Below, piece by piece: positions 9,334-17,743 of a DNA stretch of 64,000 nt (its first letter is position 1; each line of letters begins with the position of its first letter). The stretch is from Patescibacteria group bacterium. Lineage in GTDB: Bacteria; Patescibacteriota; Minisyncoccia; Phycocordibacterales; Phycocordibacteraceae. Where the stretch lies: NCBI GenBank assembly GCA_019752595.1, contig JAIELV010000001.1, positions 618,394-682,393 of the forward strand, given 5' to 3'. A program made the position numbers and the translations under genes. The notes below the pieces were generated by a model that worked only from the letters and a program-made list of their open reading frames with translations, was not told where the DNA came from and ran no database searches.

Positions 9334-10189
9334 ATGTTATGTACCGCTCTCCGTCTTTCGCCATTATTGCGAAAATAACAATGAGCGCGGTAATTAGCTT
9401 CAAATCGGTTCCAGCAAGCCCCAACCGAAGCGCGATATTTACTATGAACTGATAGAGTACGGAACCGACAATTATCGCGAGCGTTACGGTGGCAATTTTT
9501 CGGGACGAAAGTATTGCTTCGCCGAGCATCAAGGCCGCGAGCCCGAGAATAATGTTACCAATACCCATGTTCACATCCGCAAAGCCCATGTATTGAGCAA
9601 ACAGCGCGCCCGCAAGCCCCATCAAGCCGTTACTTATAACAACACCTGCAAATTTCGTAACATTCGGATTGATGCCGAACGAACGCGCCGTTGCCTCATT
9701 GTCACCAGTTGCGCGCACCTGTAGTCCAAAACCTGTCGAGAGAAACCAATCAATAAAAAATTTTGCAAAGACAACAATAGCAAATAGGACTGCAATGAGT
9801 GCGACATGATTGAACGGCGCCTGCATAACGCCCATAACCGTTTCCTGATTTAGTAGCGAAAGATTGGGGCCATCCATCAGTCGAAGATTTATAGTATAGA
9901 GAATGCCGAGCGCAAGGATGCCCGAAAGAATCTTCTCTATACCCAAGACTGTGTGCAGAAATGCCGTCAGAACGCCCGCGCAAAGCCCTGCCACAAGCCC
10001 GACAAGAAGCGCCGTTTCACCGGGCACTCCGCTCTGTATCGCGAGAGCCGCGGCGGCGGCTCCGGTTACGAAACTTCCATCTACAGAAAGATCGGGGTAA
10101 TTGAGAACTCGAAACGTGAGAAAAACCCCAAGCACAATGAGCCCAGTTAAAAGCCCGAGCTCAAGGGAGATGAAAACTAAATCAACCAT
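9305..10189 (-). CDS. ABC transporter permease (COG4120-like)
   Basis: 294 aa and polytopic. It overlaps the downstream ATPase gene in the usual operonic way. Confidence 0.8.
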   Translation of the reverse strand: MVDLVFISLELGLLTGLIVLGVFLTFRVLNYPDLSVDGSFVTGAAAAALAIQSGVPGETALLVGLVAGLCAGVLTAFLHTVLGIEKILSGILALGILYTINLRLMDGPNLSLLNQETVMGVMQAPFNHVALIAVLFAIVVFAKFFIDWFLSTGFGLQVRATGDNEATARSFGINPNVTKFAGVVISNGLMGLAGALFAQYMGFADVNMGIGNIILGLAALMLGEAILSSRKIATVTLAIIVGSVLYQFIVNIALRLGLAGTDLKLITALIVIFAIMAKDGERYITYGKRIFNTR

Positions 10190-10207
10190 TACCCTTCAGG
10201 ATACAAC

Positions 10208-11191
10208 CTACTCGTAGACTTTTTTCGCACTTGCCAGGACGTCTCCGGGAATGGTAACCCCAAGCATTTTTGCGGTTGTTGTGTTCAGGAAGACATCGGC
10301 GTCGGTAACACCAAGGACAGGGATGCCTGCGGGAGCCTCACCATTAAGAACGCGGATTGCGATTTCTGCCGTACGAACACCTACATATTTGTAATTCGTG
10401 CCGAGCGTTGCAAGTGCGCCTTTTTCAACACCCGATTCATCAAGAGAAATCAGAGGTTTCTTACCGTCAAGCGCAACCTTAATTAACGATTCTTGAGCAG
10501 CAACAACGGTATTGTCGGGGAGCATGTAGAAAGCATCAATTTTTGAAACAAGAGAACGTGCCGCCTGGTTTACTTCCGTCCCAGTATTTGCGGGTGCCGT
10601 TATAATTTCAAATCCGAACTCTTTTGCATACTTTTGAGCTTGCTCGAGTGCGAAGCGCGCATTCGCCTCACCTGGGTTATAGACAATGCCGATTTTCTTT
10701 GCAGTTGGAACCAGTTTTTTCAAGAGCTCCAGATGTTCTCTGTAAAGTGTGATGTCTGAAGTCCCAGTAACATTTGCGCCTGGGGCTTCGTTTGAGACAA
10801 CTAACCCTGCAGTTACCGGGTCAGTAACGGCACCAAAAACAATCGGCGAATCTTTAATCAAATTCACCACCGCCTGGCTTGCCGGAGTTCCTAAAGGCAT
10901 GAAAATGTCGTAACCTGAGGATGCAAACTTCTGCGCTATTGCCGCATTTGCACTGTTATCACCCTGCGCGTTTTGAATGTCGTAGGTAATTGTCTCGCCC
11001 TCAACGTACCCAGCGTTTGCAAATCCTTCTTTAATGCCTGAGATCACCATGTCAAAAACAGGGTGCGAGGTAATTTGTGAAATACCAACAGTTATCGGCG
11101 CGGACGGGCCCGTATCTTTTTTTGATGTCGCAAACCAGGCAAGGCCACCAAGGACCACAACGGCAACGAGAACCCAAATAATGTTTTTCAT
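10208..11191 (-). CDS. ABC transporter substrate-binding protein (COG2984-like)
   Basis: 327 aa with an N-terminal signal/anchor and a periplasmic-binding-protein fold. It is the first gene of the three-gene operon. Confidence 0.8.
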   Translation of the reverse strand: MKNIIWVLVAVVVLGGLAWFATSKKDTGPSAPITVGISQITSHPVFDMVISGIKEGFANAGYVEGETITYDIQNAQGDNSANAAIAQKFASSGYDIFMPLGTPASQAVVNLIKDSPIVFGAVTDPVTAGLVVSNEAPGANVTGTSDITLYREHLELLKKLVPTAKKIGIVYNPGEANARFALEQAQKYAKEFGFEIITAPANTGTEVNQAARSLVSKIDAFYMLPDNTVVAAQESLIKVALDGKKPLISLDESGVEKGALATLGTNYKYVGVRTAEIAIRVLNGEAPAGIPVLGVTDADVFLNTTTAKMLGVTIPGDVLASAKKVYE

Positions 11192-11267
11192 AAATTGAAT
11201 TAATCTTTAATTAGCTCGATACCTTATATATACATATTACTCCAGGGCTTCGGCGGATAAAGTCCGA

Positions 11268-11504
11268 TTAAATTCCACGCCCTTTTGGCCACATGCGTCG
11301 CTCTGGAAGAGAAGCGACGGCTTCCTCTCCAAAACGAGCAACAAGTTGTTCCTTCAATTGAACACTGAGGGCATCTACGCTGATTGGCTTAACGATTGGG
11401 GCGCCTTCCCTAGCCTCGGCGGCGTGAGCACTTTTTTTCATAAAGTTTTTACTTAAGTAACTAAAGTCTATGCCGAATATATCATTCCAATAATAACTTG
11501 TCAA
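11268..11504 (-). CDS. Possible small leader ORF upstream of the ABC operon (or non-coding leader)
   Basis: A 78-aa ORF lies inside a ~250-nt 5' leader. The leader is transcribed from a TTGACA-N17-TATATT promoter at about 11485-11513 on the minus strand. Confidence 0.2.
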   Translation of the reverse strand: MTSYYWNDIFGIDFSYLSKNFMKKSAHAAEAREGAPIVKPISVDALSVQLKEQLVARFGEEAVASLPERRMWPKGRGI

Positions 11505-11582
11505 TATTTTTCGTCAATTTTTCCTTTATTTGTATTTAGTTGAATAGAAATCTTGTATTTTTAATATTTTTGTGGAATTAAA

Positions 11583-11611
11583 TTGACACAATCTCATGGC
11601 TCTAGTACACT
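11583..11611 (+). promoter_or_regulatory. Promoter of TrmB paralog 2 (TTGACA-N17-TACACT), near-leaderless
   Basis: TTGACA at 11583-11588 and TACACT at 11606-11611, with the ATG at 11619. Confidence 0.5.
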
Positions 11612-11618
11612 CTCAATC

Positions 11619-12407
11619 ATGGGTAAACGAGAGGAACAATCCTTAGACACATTGCTTTCTTTCGGGCTCTCGAAGAAAGAAGCCGGAGTGTACATTGCGC
11701 TCCTCGGACACGGGCGCGGAACGGTATCCCAAATCTCACGAAAAGCCGGAATCAACAGAACGACGGGGTACGACATCCTCGCTTCTTTAGCACGGGCGGG
11801 TCTTGTGCGTGTTTCCGGGAAAGAACCGAAACAAGAATATGTAGCTGAATCTCCGGATAATTTGTTGAAACTTCTGAATCGCCGCCTCAGAGAGACTGAA
11901 GAAAGTATACACAAAGCGAAAGATTTTATTCCTGAATTAAAATCACTCCATAAAATTGACGACAGACCGCAAGTAAAATTTTACGAAGGGATTGAAGGGA
12001 TGAAACAAGTATACGAAGATACGCTCACCGCAACGGAGACGATACATGCGTACGCAAATTACGATGATATGCATGCGACCTTGGGCGACTATTTTCCTTC
12101 GTACTACAAACGACGCGCGGCAAAGGGTGTATACGCAATCGGAATCGTACCTGCAACTCCACTCGCGAAAGAGCGCGCTGCAAAAAACACTGAAGAAAAT
12201 CGTGAACTAACGCTTACCCCGCTGGAAAAATTCAACATCTCGCCTGAGATAGATATATATGACAACAAAACGGTTTTTGTTTCGTGGCGGGAAAAACTCG
12301 GCATTATTATTGAGAGCAAAGAAATAGCAGACGCAATGAAAAACATTTTTACACTTGCACAAGGAGAAGCGAAGCGTTTAGAGAAAGAAGCGGGGCTTAA
12401 TCTCTAG
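11619..12407 (+). CDS. TrmB-family transcriptional regulator (paralog 2)
   Basis: The ORF-track start at 11583 is the TTG of the -35 box. The ATG at 11619 (MGKREEQSLDTLLSFGLSKKEAGVYIALL) aligns with the paralog-1 start. Confidence 0.8.
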   Translation: MGKREEQSLDTLLSFGLSKKEAGVYIALLGHGRGTVSQISRKAGINRTTGYDILASLARAGLVRVSGKEPKQEYVAESPDNLLKLLNRRLRETEESIHKAKDFIPELKSLHKIDDRPQVKFYEGIEGMKQVYEDTLTATETIHAYANYDDMHATLGDYFPSYYKRRAAKGVYAIGIVPATPLAKERAAKNTEENRELTLTPLEKFNISPEIDIYDNKTVFVSWREKLGIIIESKEIADAMKNIFTLAQGEAKRLEKEAGLNL

Positions 12408-12672
12408 ACCCGCGAGCAATAGTTTTTATGTCTTTTTCGTAGTATCGAACCTCAAAAAGTTCAGCAAGGAGCGCCCGATTTACGTAATCAAACAAACGAC
12501 TGTAGAGAAGCGAGTCATCCGAGGTTTGAATTCCATCCTGACGACGTATCCGTTTCAGCTTACGAACGCCTGCATTTATGACTGCGTCGCACTGTTTATC
12601 AATCTCATTTGTTTCCATGACCTTCAAGGCACTCACAAAATTCTCCATGTCAAAGCTGCGTAGCGAAACCAA
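12397..12672 (-). CDS. Hypothetical protein
   Basis: 91-aa ORF between TrmB-2 and clpP, with charged composition and no recognised domain. Confidence 0.3.
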   Translation of the reverse strand: MVSLRSFDMENFVSALKVMETNEIDKQCDAVINAGVRKLKRIRRQDGIQTSDDSLLYSRLFDYVNRALLAELFEVRYYEKDIKTIARGSRD

Positions 12673-12698
12673 AGCAACTGGAGTATAGTTATTGAACT

Positions 12699-13301
12699 AT
12701 GGCACACAACATCACCAATCAGCTTGTTCCGATGGTCATTGAGAAGACCACGATGGGCGAGCGCGCATACGACATTTATTCACGCCTCTTGAAGGAGCGT
12801 ATTATTTTCCTTGGCGGACCGATTGACGACCACCTCGCTAACCTCATCATCGCCCAACTCCTCTTTTTGGAATCTGAAGACCCGAAGAAAGATGTCTACC
12901 TCTATATAAACTCCCCTGGTGGTTCTGTATCTGCAGGTATGGCAATTCTCGACACCATGAACTACGTGAAGCCCGACATCGCGACCGTGTGCGTCGGTAT
13001 TGCAGCGTCAGCGGCGGCGGTTATTCTCTCAGCTGGCAAGAAAGGCAAGCGCTACACCCTCCCGAACTCGGAAGTCATGATTCATCAGGTGATGGGTGGG
13101 GCCGAAGGTCAGGCAACGGACATCGCTATTGCGGCAAAACACATTCTTCGCACCAAGGACAACCTGAACAAGATTCTTGCCAAGAACACTGGTAAAACGG
13201 CTGCTGAAGTAGAGAAAGACGCAGAACGCGACTATTGGATGACAGCGGATGAAGCTAAAAAGTACGGGATTATAGACGAGATATACAAAACCCGCTCCTA
13301 A
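12699..13301 (+). CDS. clpP: ATP-dependent Clp protease proteolytic subunit
   Basis: 200 aa. The catalytic Ser motif GxSxG is present in [11 protein letters not shown], and His and Asp are conserved. Confidence 0.93.
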   Translation: MAHNITNQLVPMVIEKTTMGERAYDIYSRLLKERIIFLGGPIDDHLANLIIAQLLFLESEDPKKDVYLYINSPGGSVSAGMAILDTMNYVKPDIATVCVGIAASAAAVILSAGKKGKRYTLPNSEVMIHQVMGGAEGQATDIAIAAKHILRTKDNLNKILAKNTGKTAAEVEKDAERDYWMTADEAKKYGIIDEIYKTRS

Positions 13302-13596
13302 CTACGCTGAGTGCGACACTGGATGACAGTCAACCGAGCGAGTGATGCTTATAAGACCAGCAAAGCTGGGCTCACACAACAAGGAGCTAGGCACTTGACC
13401 TGATTGCACCGTCACGGTCTTGGGGGTATTATTCAAAAGTACCCTTTAATTTTGAAATTTGGAACAAGCTGACCTATGACTTCCGAACTAAAAGCGCGAG
13501 AAAACCTAACTCTACGACCCGTAGCGGCCTTCGGTATTGTTTTCATCCACTAATTTCGGCAACCTTTCATAGTGCAGCGCGTTCCTACAAACGCGT

Positions 13597-15126
13597 ATGT
13601 CGACATTAACAGTAGTTCTTCTTCTCGCAGCGGCGGTTGTCGTCGGTATTGCTGCGGGATATTTTCTCCGCTGGCTAGTAGCCCTTGGACAGAAAGGCTC
13701 GGCCGAGATTCAAGTCAAACAGAAACTTTTAGAAGCTCGTGAGCAGGCAAAAAACATTCTTGCTGAAGGCGAGAAACAAGCGGGACAGCTTGAGATTGCG
13801 CTTCGCGAAGAATTCCGCGTCAAAGAAGAAGCGCTTGTTGCGAAAGAAAAGCGCGTGGGCGAGAAAGAATCATACCTAGATAAACGCCAGCTTGACCTCG
13901 ACCGCGAGGCTGACCGTGTGAAAGGCCAGATTGAAGAAATAAAAAAGATAAAGGAGCGTGCTGATGCTTTGATTGTTGAGCGTGAAAAAGCGCTTGAAGC
14001 AGTTGCGCATCTTACGGAGGAAGAAGCAAAGGAGAAATTAGTGGACGCTGTTCGCCAGGAACACGAAGAAGACATTATGGTCCGTATCCAGAAGATGGAA
14101 CTTGAAGGCAAAGAACGCCTCGAGACGAAAGCCCGCGATATTCTAACAACCGCAATCCACCGCTTGGGTAATTCCGTACATGCGGACGTTCTGACTTCAA
14201 ACATCCCTCTACCGTCTGAAGAAATGAAAGGAAAGATTATCGGTCGTGAAGGAAGAAACATTCGTACATTCGAACGTGTAACTGGTGTTGACGTTCTTGT
14301 TGATGAAACCCCAGGCATGATTACGCTTTCCTGCTTCGATCCTGTGCGCAGGCAAATTGCAAGAATTGCTCTTGAGAACTTGATTATCGATCAGCGTATT
14401 CAGCCAGCGAAAATTGAAGACGCGGTCATCAAGGCACGCGACGAAATTGCGAAGGTTATGAAGGAAAAAGCAGATCAAGCAGCTTACGAAGTGGGCTTGC
14501 ACGGCTTCGACCCTCGCCTCATGGGAATTTTGGGCCGTCTCTATTTCCGCACCTCGTACGGTCAGAACGTACTTCAGCACTCAACTGAAATGGCGCACAT
14601 TGCAGGCATGATTGCAGCTGAATTAGGTGCTGATGTGAAAGTTGCAAAAGCGGGAGCGCTGTTCCATGACATTGGTAAAGCAGTCGATCATGCTGTACAA
14701 GGTACGCACGTTGAAATCGGACGCAGAATTTTGGAGAAGTTTGGTGCCGACAAACGCATCATTCAGGCAATGCAGGCTCACCATGAGGAATACCCGTACG
14801 AAACGATTGAGTCTTACATCGTGCAGGTTGCCGACGCTATTTCGGGTGGGCGCCCTGGTGCACGTCGTGATTCAGTAGAGAATTACATCAAGCGCCTAAC
14901 CGAGCTTGAGAACATTGCAACGTCATTTGCAGGTGTTGAAAAAGCATACGCCATTCAGGCAGGTCGCGAAGTTCGAATCTTCGTGAAGCCCGAAGAAATT
15001 TCAGACATGGCAGCGCGTGAATTGGCACGAAACATAGCTATGCGCGTTGAAAACGAAATGAAATACCCTGGCGAAGTGAAAATCAACGTCATCAGGGAAA
15101 GCAGGGCCGTGGAATTCGCCCGATAA
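13597..15126 (+). CDS. rny: Ribonuclease Y
   Basis: 509 aa with an N-terminal TM helix, a coiled coil, a KH domain and an HD domain (LFHDIGKAVDH). Confidence 0.93.
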   Translation: MSTLTVVLLLAAAVVVGIAAGYFLRWLVALGQKGSAEIQVKQKLLEAREQAKNILAEGEKQAGQLEIALREEFRVKEEALVAKEKRVGEKESYLDKRQLDLDREADRVKGQIEEIKKIKERADALIVEREKALEAVAHLTEEEAKEKLVDAVRQEHEEDIMVRIQKMELEGKERLETKARDILTTAIHRLGNSVHADVLTSNIPLPSEEMKGKIIGREGRNIRTFERVTGVDVLVDETPGMITLSCFDPVRRQIARIALENLIIDQRIQPAKIEDAVIKARDEIAKVMKEKADQAAYEVGLHGFDPRLMGILGRLYFRTSYGQNVLQHSTEMAHIAGMIAAELGADVKVAKAGALFHDIGKAVDHAVQGTHVEIGRRILEKFGADKRIIQAMQAHHEEYPYETIESYIVQVADAISGGRPGARRDSVENYIKRLTELENIATSFAGVEKAYAIQAGREVRIFVKPEEISDMAARELARNIAMRVENEMKYPGEVKINVIRESRAVEFAR

Positions 15127-15130
15127 TTTA

Positions 15131-15155
15131 AAACCCCCACAATTGCGGGGGTTTT
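15131..15155. terminator. Bidirectional intrinsic terminator
   Basis: aaaccccc-acaattgc-gggggtttt, with A and T runs on both sides. Confidence 0.7.
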
Positions 15156-15165
15156 ATGTGGAAGA

Positions 15166-15612
15166 TTATCCTTCTGCCCTAGCATGTGCTGGGTGTTTCC
15201 AAACATTTTGGGAAGTTCGGAAGCCTTCTCCGCATGGTCCGTACCCTACGTCCATATCTGGCCAGACAAACTCTTCCGTTTCAATCTTTTTGCCTTTATC
15301 GCCACCCTGACTGTGTCTGCGGTAAACGATTTGACCGTCTTTTCCAATACCGCGGTATGTAGCGTCGATGAGTTCCGCGGGCTCAGTCAAACAGTGAGAC
15401 CATGCGACCGCTATCTTATCTAGAATAACGCGATCCCCCCTGCTGATGCCGAGGGCCCCCATCAGAGCTCTCATCTCCTCAGGTCGTGGCCATGCTCTTT
15501 TATAGTCTGGATGTGCTGGGTGGCTCTTCTCTACTGCCATAAAATGATTATTTGATAGTAGTAGATACTCCTTTTTTGTCAAATTTTGACCCAAAAATGC
15601 ACTATTGCGCAA
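15166..15612 (-). CDS. Hypothetical protein
   Basis: 148-aa ORF, probably starting at the internal MAVEKSHPAH. No recognised family. Confidence 0.4.
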   Translation of the reverse strand: MRNSAFLGQNLTKKEYLLLSNNHFMAVEKSHPAHPDYKRAWPRPEEMRALMGALGISRGDRVILDKIAVAWSHCLTEPAELIDATYRGIGKDGQIVYRRHSQGGDKGKKIETEEFVWPDMDVGYGPCGEGFRTSQNVWKHPAHARAEG

Positions 15613-15678
15613 AAAACGGCTCTATATATACTGTTTCATACGGCATTACTTTAGCCATTATAAATAAAAAATATACAT

Positions 15679-15951
15679 ATGAACAAAGCAGACCTCTCCG
15701 ACAAAGTGCACTCGCTCCTCGGCGGCACAAAAACACAGGCTGAATCTGTGGTCGAAATGCTTATCGACACCATCACTGGTGCTTTGAAGAAAGGCGACGA
15801 AGTTTCTATCGCAGGATTGGGCATTTTCTCAACCAAAATGCGCCCAGCACGCACAGGTCGTAACCCAAGAACGGGTGAGTCTATCAAAGTTCCTTCTATG
15901 CGCGTTCCTAAGTTCCGCGCTGCAAAGGCCCTGAAGGACGCGGTAAAGTAA
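15679..15951 (+). CDS. hup: DNA-binding protein HU
   Basis: 90 aa with the HU/IHF fold signature GLGIFSTKMRPARTGRNPRTGESIKVP. Confidence 0.93.
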   Translation: MNKADLSDKVHSLLGGTKTQAESVVEMLIDTITGALKKGDEVSIAGLGIFSTKMRPARTGRNPRTGESIKVPSMRVPKFRAAKALKDAVK

Positions 15952-15980
15952 AAGCATTCCGCCTAATAGGGAAGCCTAAA

Positions 15981-16008
15981 ACCCGCTCACATCATGAGCG
16001 GGTTTTGC
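15981..16008 (+). terminator. Rho-independent terminator after hup
   Basis: cccgctca-catca-tgagcggg followed by tttt. Confidence 0.8.
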
Positions 16009-16110
16009 GTTTCCGCGAAGGCGAAAGCTTTTTCAGCTCTCCTCGGCTCGGGAATGAAAACTACAGGCTCTCATTCCCCTCGCCCTACGTCGGCTGTAGC
16101 CCATGTCTTC

Positions 16111-16143
16111 AAAAACACCCGCCTCAGGCGGGTGTTTTTTATT
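16111..16143. terminator. Bidirectional intrinsic terminator
   Basis: acacccgcc-tcag-ggcgggtgt, flanked by AAAAA and TTTTTT. Confidence 0.75.
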
Positions 16144-16144
16144 G

Positions 16145-16228
16145 GGAATCGGTCCTTACAGGACCAGTACGGGTTTCGCATTCACGTCGCTTTCGCTCGT
16201 TCATATGCTCAACCGCCTTCGATTCCCT
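16145..16228 (-). ncRNA. Conserved structured RNA-like element, copy A, embedded in a tRNA-Gly-derived pseudo-T-arm
   Basis: Outer stem GGGAATCG / CGATTCCC. Inner hairpin GGTCC-TTACA-GGACC. It shares a 62-nt core with copy B at 26525-26624 with only 5 substitutions, two of them compensatory. Strand is not established. Confidence 0.45.
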
Positions 16229-16273
16229 TACGCGAATGAAGCAGTTCATTCGCTATCCCGCGTACCAATATAT

Positions 16274-16306
16274 AAAAACAACCCACACGGAGTGGGTCAT
16301 TTTTAT
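16274..16306. terminator. Bidirectional intrinsic terminator between tRNA-Gly(UCC) and element A
   Basis: acccac-acgga-gtgggt, flanked by an A run and a T run. Confidence 0.55.
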
Positions 16307-16365
16307 ATATGTGCGACTTTGTTTTGTTGTCGGTACTCCGACTTAGAAAACAAGAAGTACTCGTG

Positions 16366-16439
16366 TGGTGCGGGATAAGGGAATCGAACCCTTGCCATCA
16401 GTTTGGAAAACTGATGTTCTACCATTAAACTAATCCCGC
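16366..16439 (-). tRNA. tRNA-Gly (anticodon UCC), CCA encoded
   Basis: Manual cloverleaf of 74 nt. Acceptor GCGGGAT / ATCCCGC, anticodon loop TTTCCAA, T-arm AAGGG-TTCGATT-CCCTT, and a 3' CCA. Confidence 0.85.
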
Positions 16440-16560
16440 CTTCGCCTCACTTCTGCTCGGCTTCGGCGGGCAGGCCCGCTTTGAGCAACAGAAGGTTCTG
16501 TGAACTTTAGCAAATGAAGCGTACTTTTGAAAGAAGTGCGGAGGCGGTATTCTGAAGCCT

Positions 16561-17727
16561 ATGCTCGCCTTGCTCCAAACCATCACTGTCGGAATTTTCG
16601 GATTCCTTGTCGCAGTCTTCAGTGTTTTTGGCTTGCATACTGAACAAGCAACGGCCCCGTCCGACAGAATGCCTGCGGTCATACAAGAGATACCAGAAGC
16701 GCCCGTCGAAACTACCGTCACAACCCCCGCCCCCGAAAAAGAAACACCTGTTGCAGAAAACCCAAAAACGGAGGCACCAAAACCTACGGTACCCTCGACA
16801 CCGAATTCCGAAACTGCTGTAGGCTCGACACTCATTCCGCAAACACCTACGGCCCCTCTTCCTGTGGCGCCGACGAATGCTCCTTCTGCAGTGAACGAAG
16901 CGGTTAGAAAAACGGTGGTGAATATTTTTTGTACGTCCATTTTTGGTGGACCGTTTGATGCAATTTCAGCGAGTGGTGTGATGATTGACCCTCGCGGAAT
17001 TATTCTCACGAACGCACACGTAGCGCAGTATTTCTTGCTCCGCGATTACCCAACACCAAACACCATGAGTTGCGTGATACGCACGGGCGCTCCTGCGATA
17101 CCGCAGTACACTGCAGAATTGATGTTCCTCCCGCCGAGTTGGATACAAAAAAATGCGCAAAAAATAAAAGACGAAAACCCCTTGGGCACGGGTGAGCATG
17201 ATTACGCATTGGTGCGCATTACAGGAACAATCAACAAACAAAACGCATTGCCGTCAGTGTTCCCCTACTCGCCCATTTCAACAGCGCTACCAAAGCTCGA
17301 CGACGACGTTCTGATTGTCGGGTACCCAGCAGGGTTTTTAGGCGGGATCGCGCTTCAACGTGATTTGTATCAGTCATCTGCATTTACTAAAGTGCGCGAA
17401 CTTTTAACATTTGTTGAAAGCACGTTGGATGTCTTTTCAATCGGCGGTTCCGTGGTTGCCCAATCAGGGTCTTCGGGTGGCTCCGCTTCTAACTTAGCAG
17501 GGGAACTCATTGGTCTCATTGTGACAACAACTGCAGGCGCAGACACTTCGTCGCGTGATTTACGCGCTATTACTACATCGTATATTTTAAGAGATTTTCA
17601 AAACGAAGCGGGGGTTGCGCTTGGTGTGTATCTTTCAGGAGATCCCGCGGAACGCGTTTCACTGTTCAGACAAACAAAAGAAGTTGACCTTATTAGAAGG
17701 TTAACTGACGCTATAGAGGCAGACTAA
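16561..17727 (+). CDS. Membrane-anchored trypsin-like (S1/S1C) serine peptidase
   Basis: 388 aa with an N-terminal TM helix and a Pro/Thr-rich linker. The catalytic triad context is His in TNAHV, Asp in DYALV and Ser in GSSGGS. Confidence 0.65.
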   Translation: MLALLQTITVGIFGFLVAVFSVFGLHTEQATAPSDRMPAVIQEIPEAPVETTVTTPAPEKETPVAENPKTEAPKPTVPSTPNSETAVGSTLIPQTPTAPLPVAPTNAPSAVNEAVRKTVVNIFCTSIFGGPFDAISASGVMIDPRGIILTNAHVAQYFLLRDYPTPNTMSCVIRTGAPAIPQYTAELMFLPPSWIQKNAQKIKDENPLGTGEHDYALVRITGTINKQNALPSVFPYSPISTALPKLDDDVLIVGYPAGFLGGIALQRDLYQSSAFTKVRELLTFVESTLDVFSIGGSVVAQSGSSGGSASNLAGELIGLIVTTTAGADTSSRDLRAITTSYILRDFQNEAGVALGVYLSGDPAERVSLFRQTKEVDLIRRLTDAIEAD

Positions 17728-17743
17728 TTTCAATTTTTTCAGG

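Noticed and set aside
13302-13596. tmRNA or 6S RNA in the clpP-rny spacer
   Set aside because: There is no tRNA-like 3' end (no TCCACCA and no T-arm) and no recognisable tag reading frame. The region is kept only as a low-interest finding.
13710-14318. 202-aa minus-strand ORF inside rny
   Set aside because: It is antisense to a confidently identified RNase Y gene and is Ser/Arg-rich low-complexity sequence.
16005-16378. Plus-strand ORFs 16005..16346 and 16103..16378, and the similar ORFs at 26490..26737
   Set aside because: They span the terminator hairpins and the tRNA-derived structured elements. The substitutions between the two copies are compensatory in RNA stems and would change the encoded amino acids, which favours an RNA or DNA-level function.
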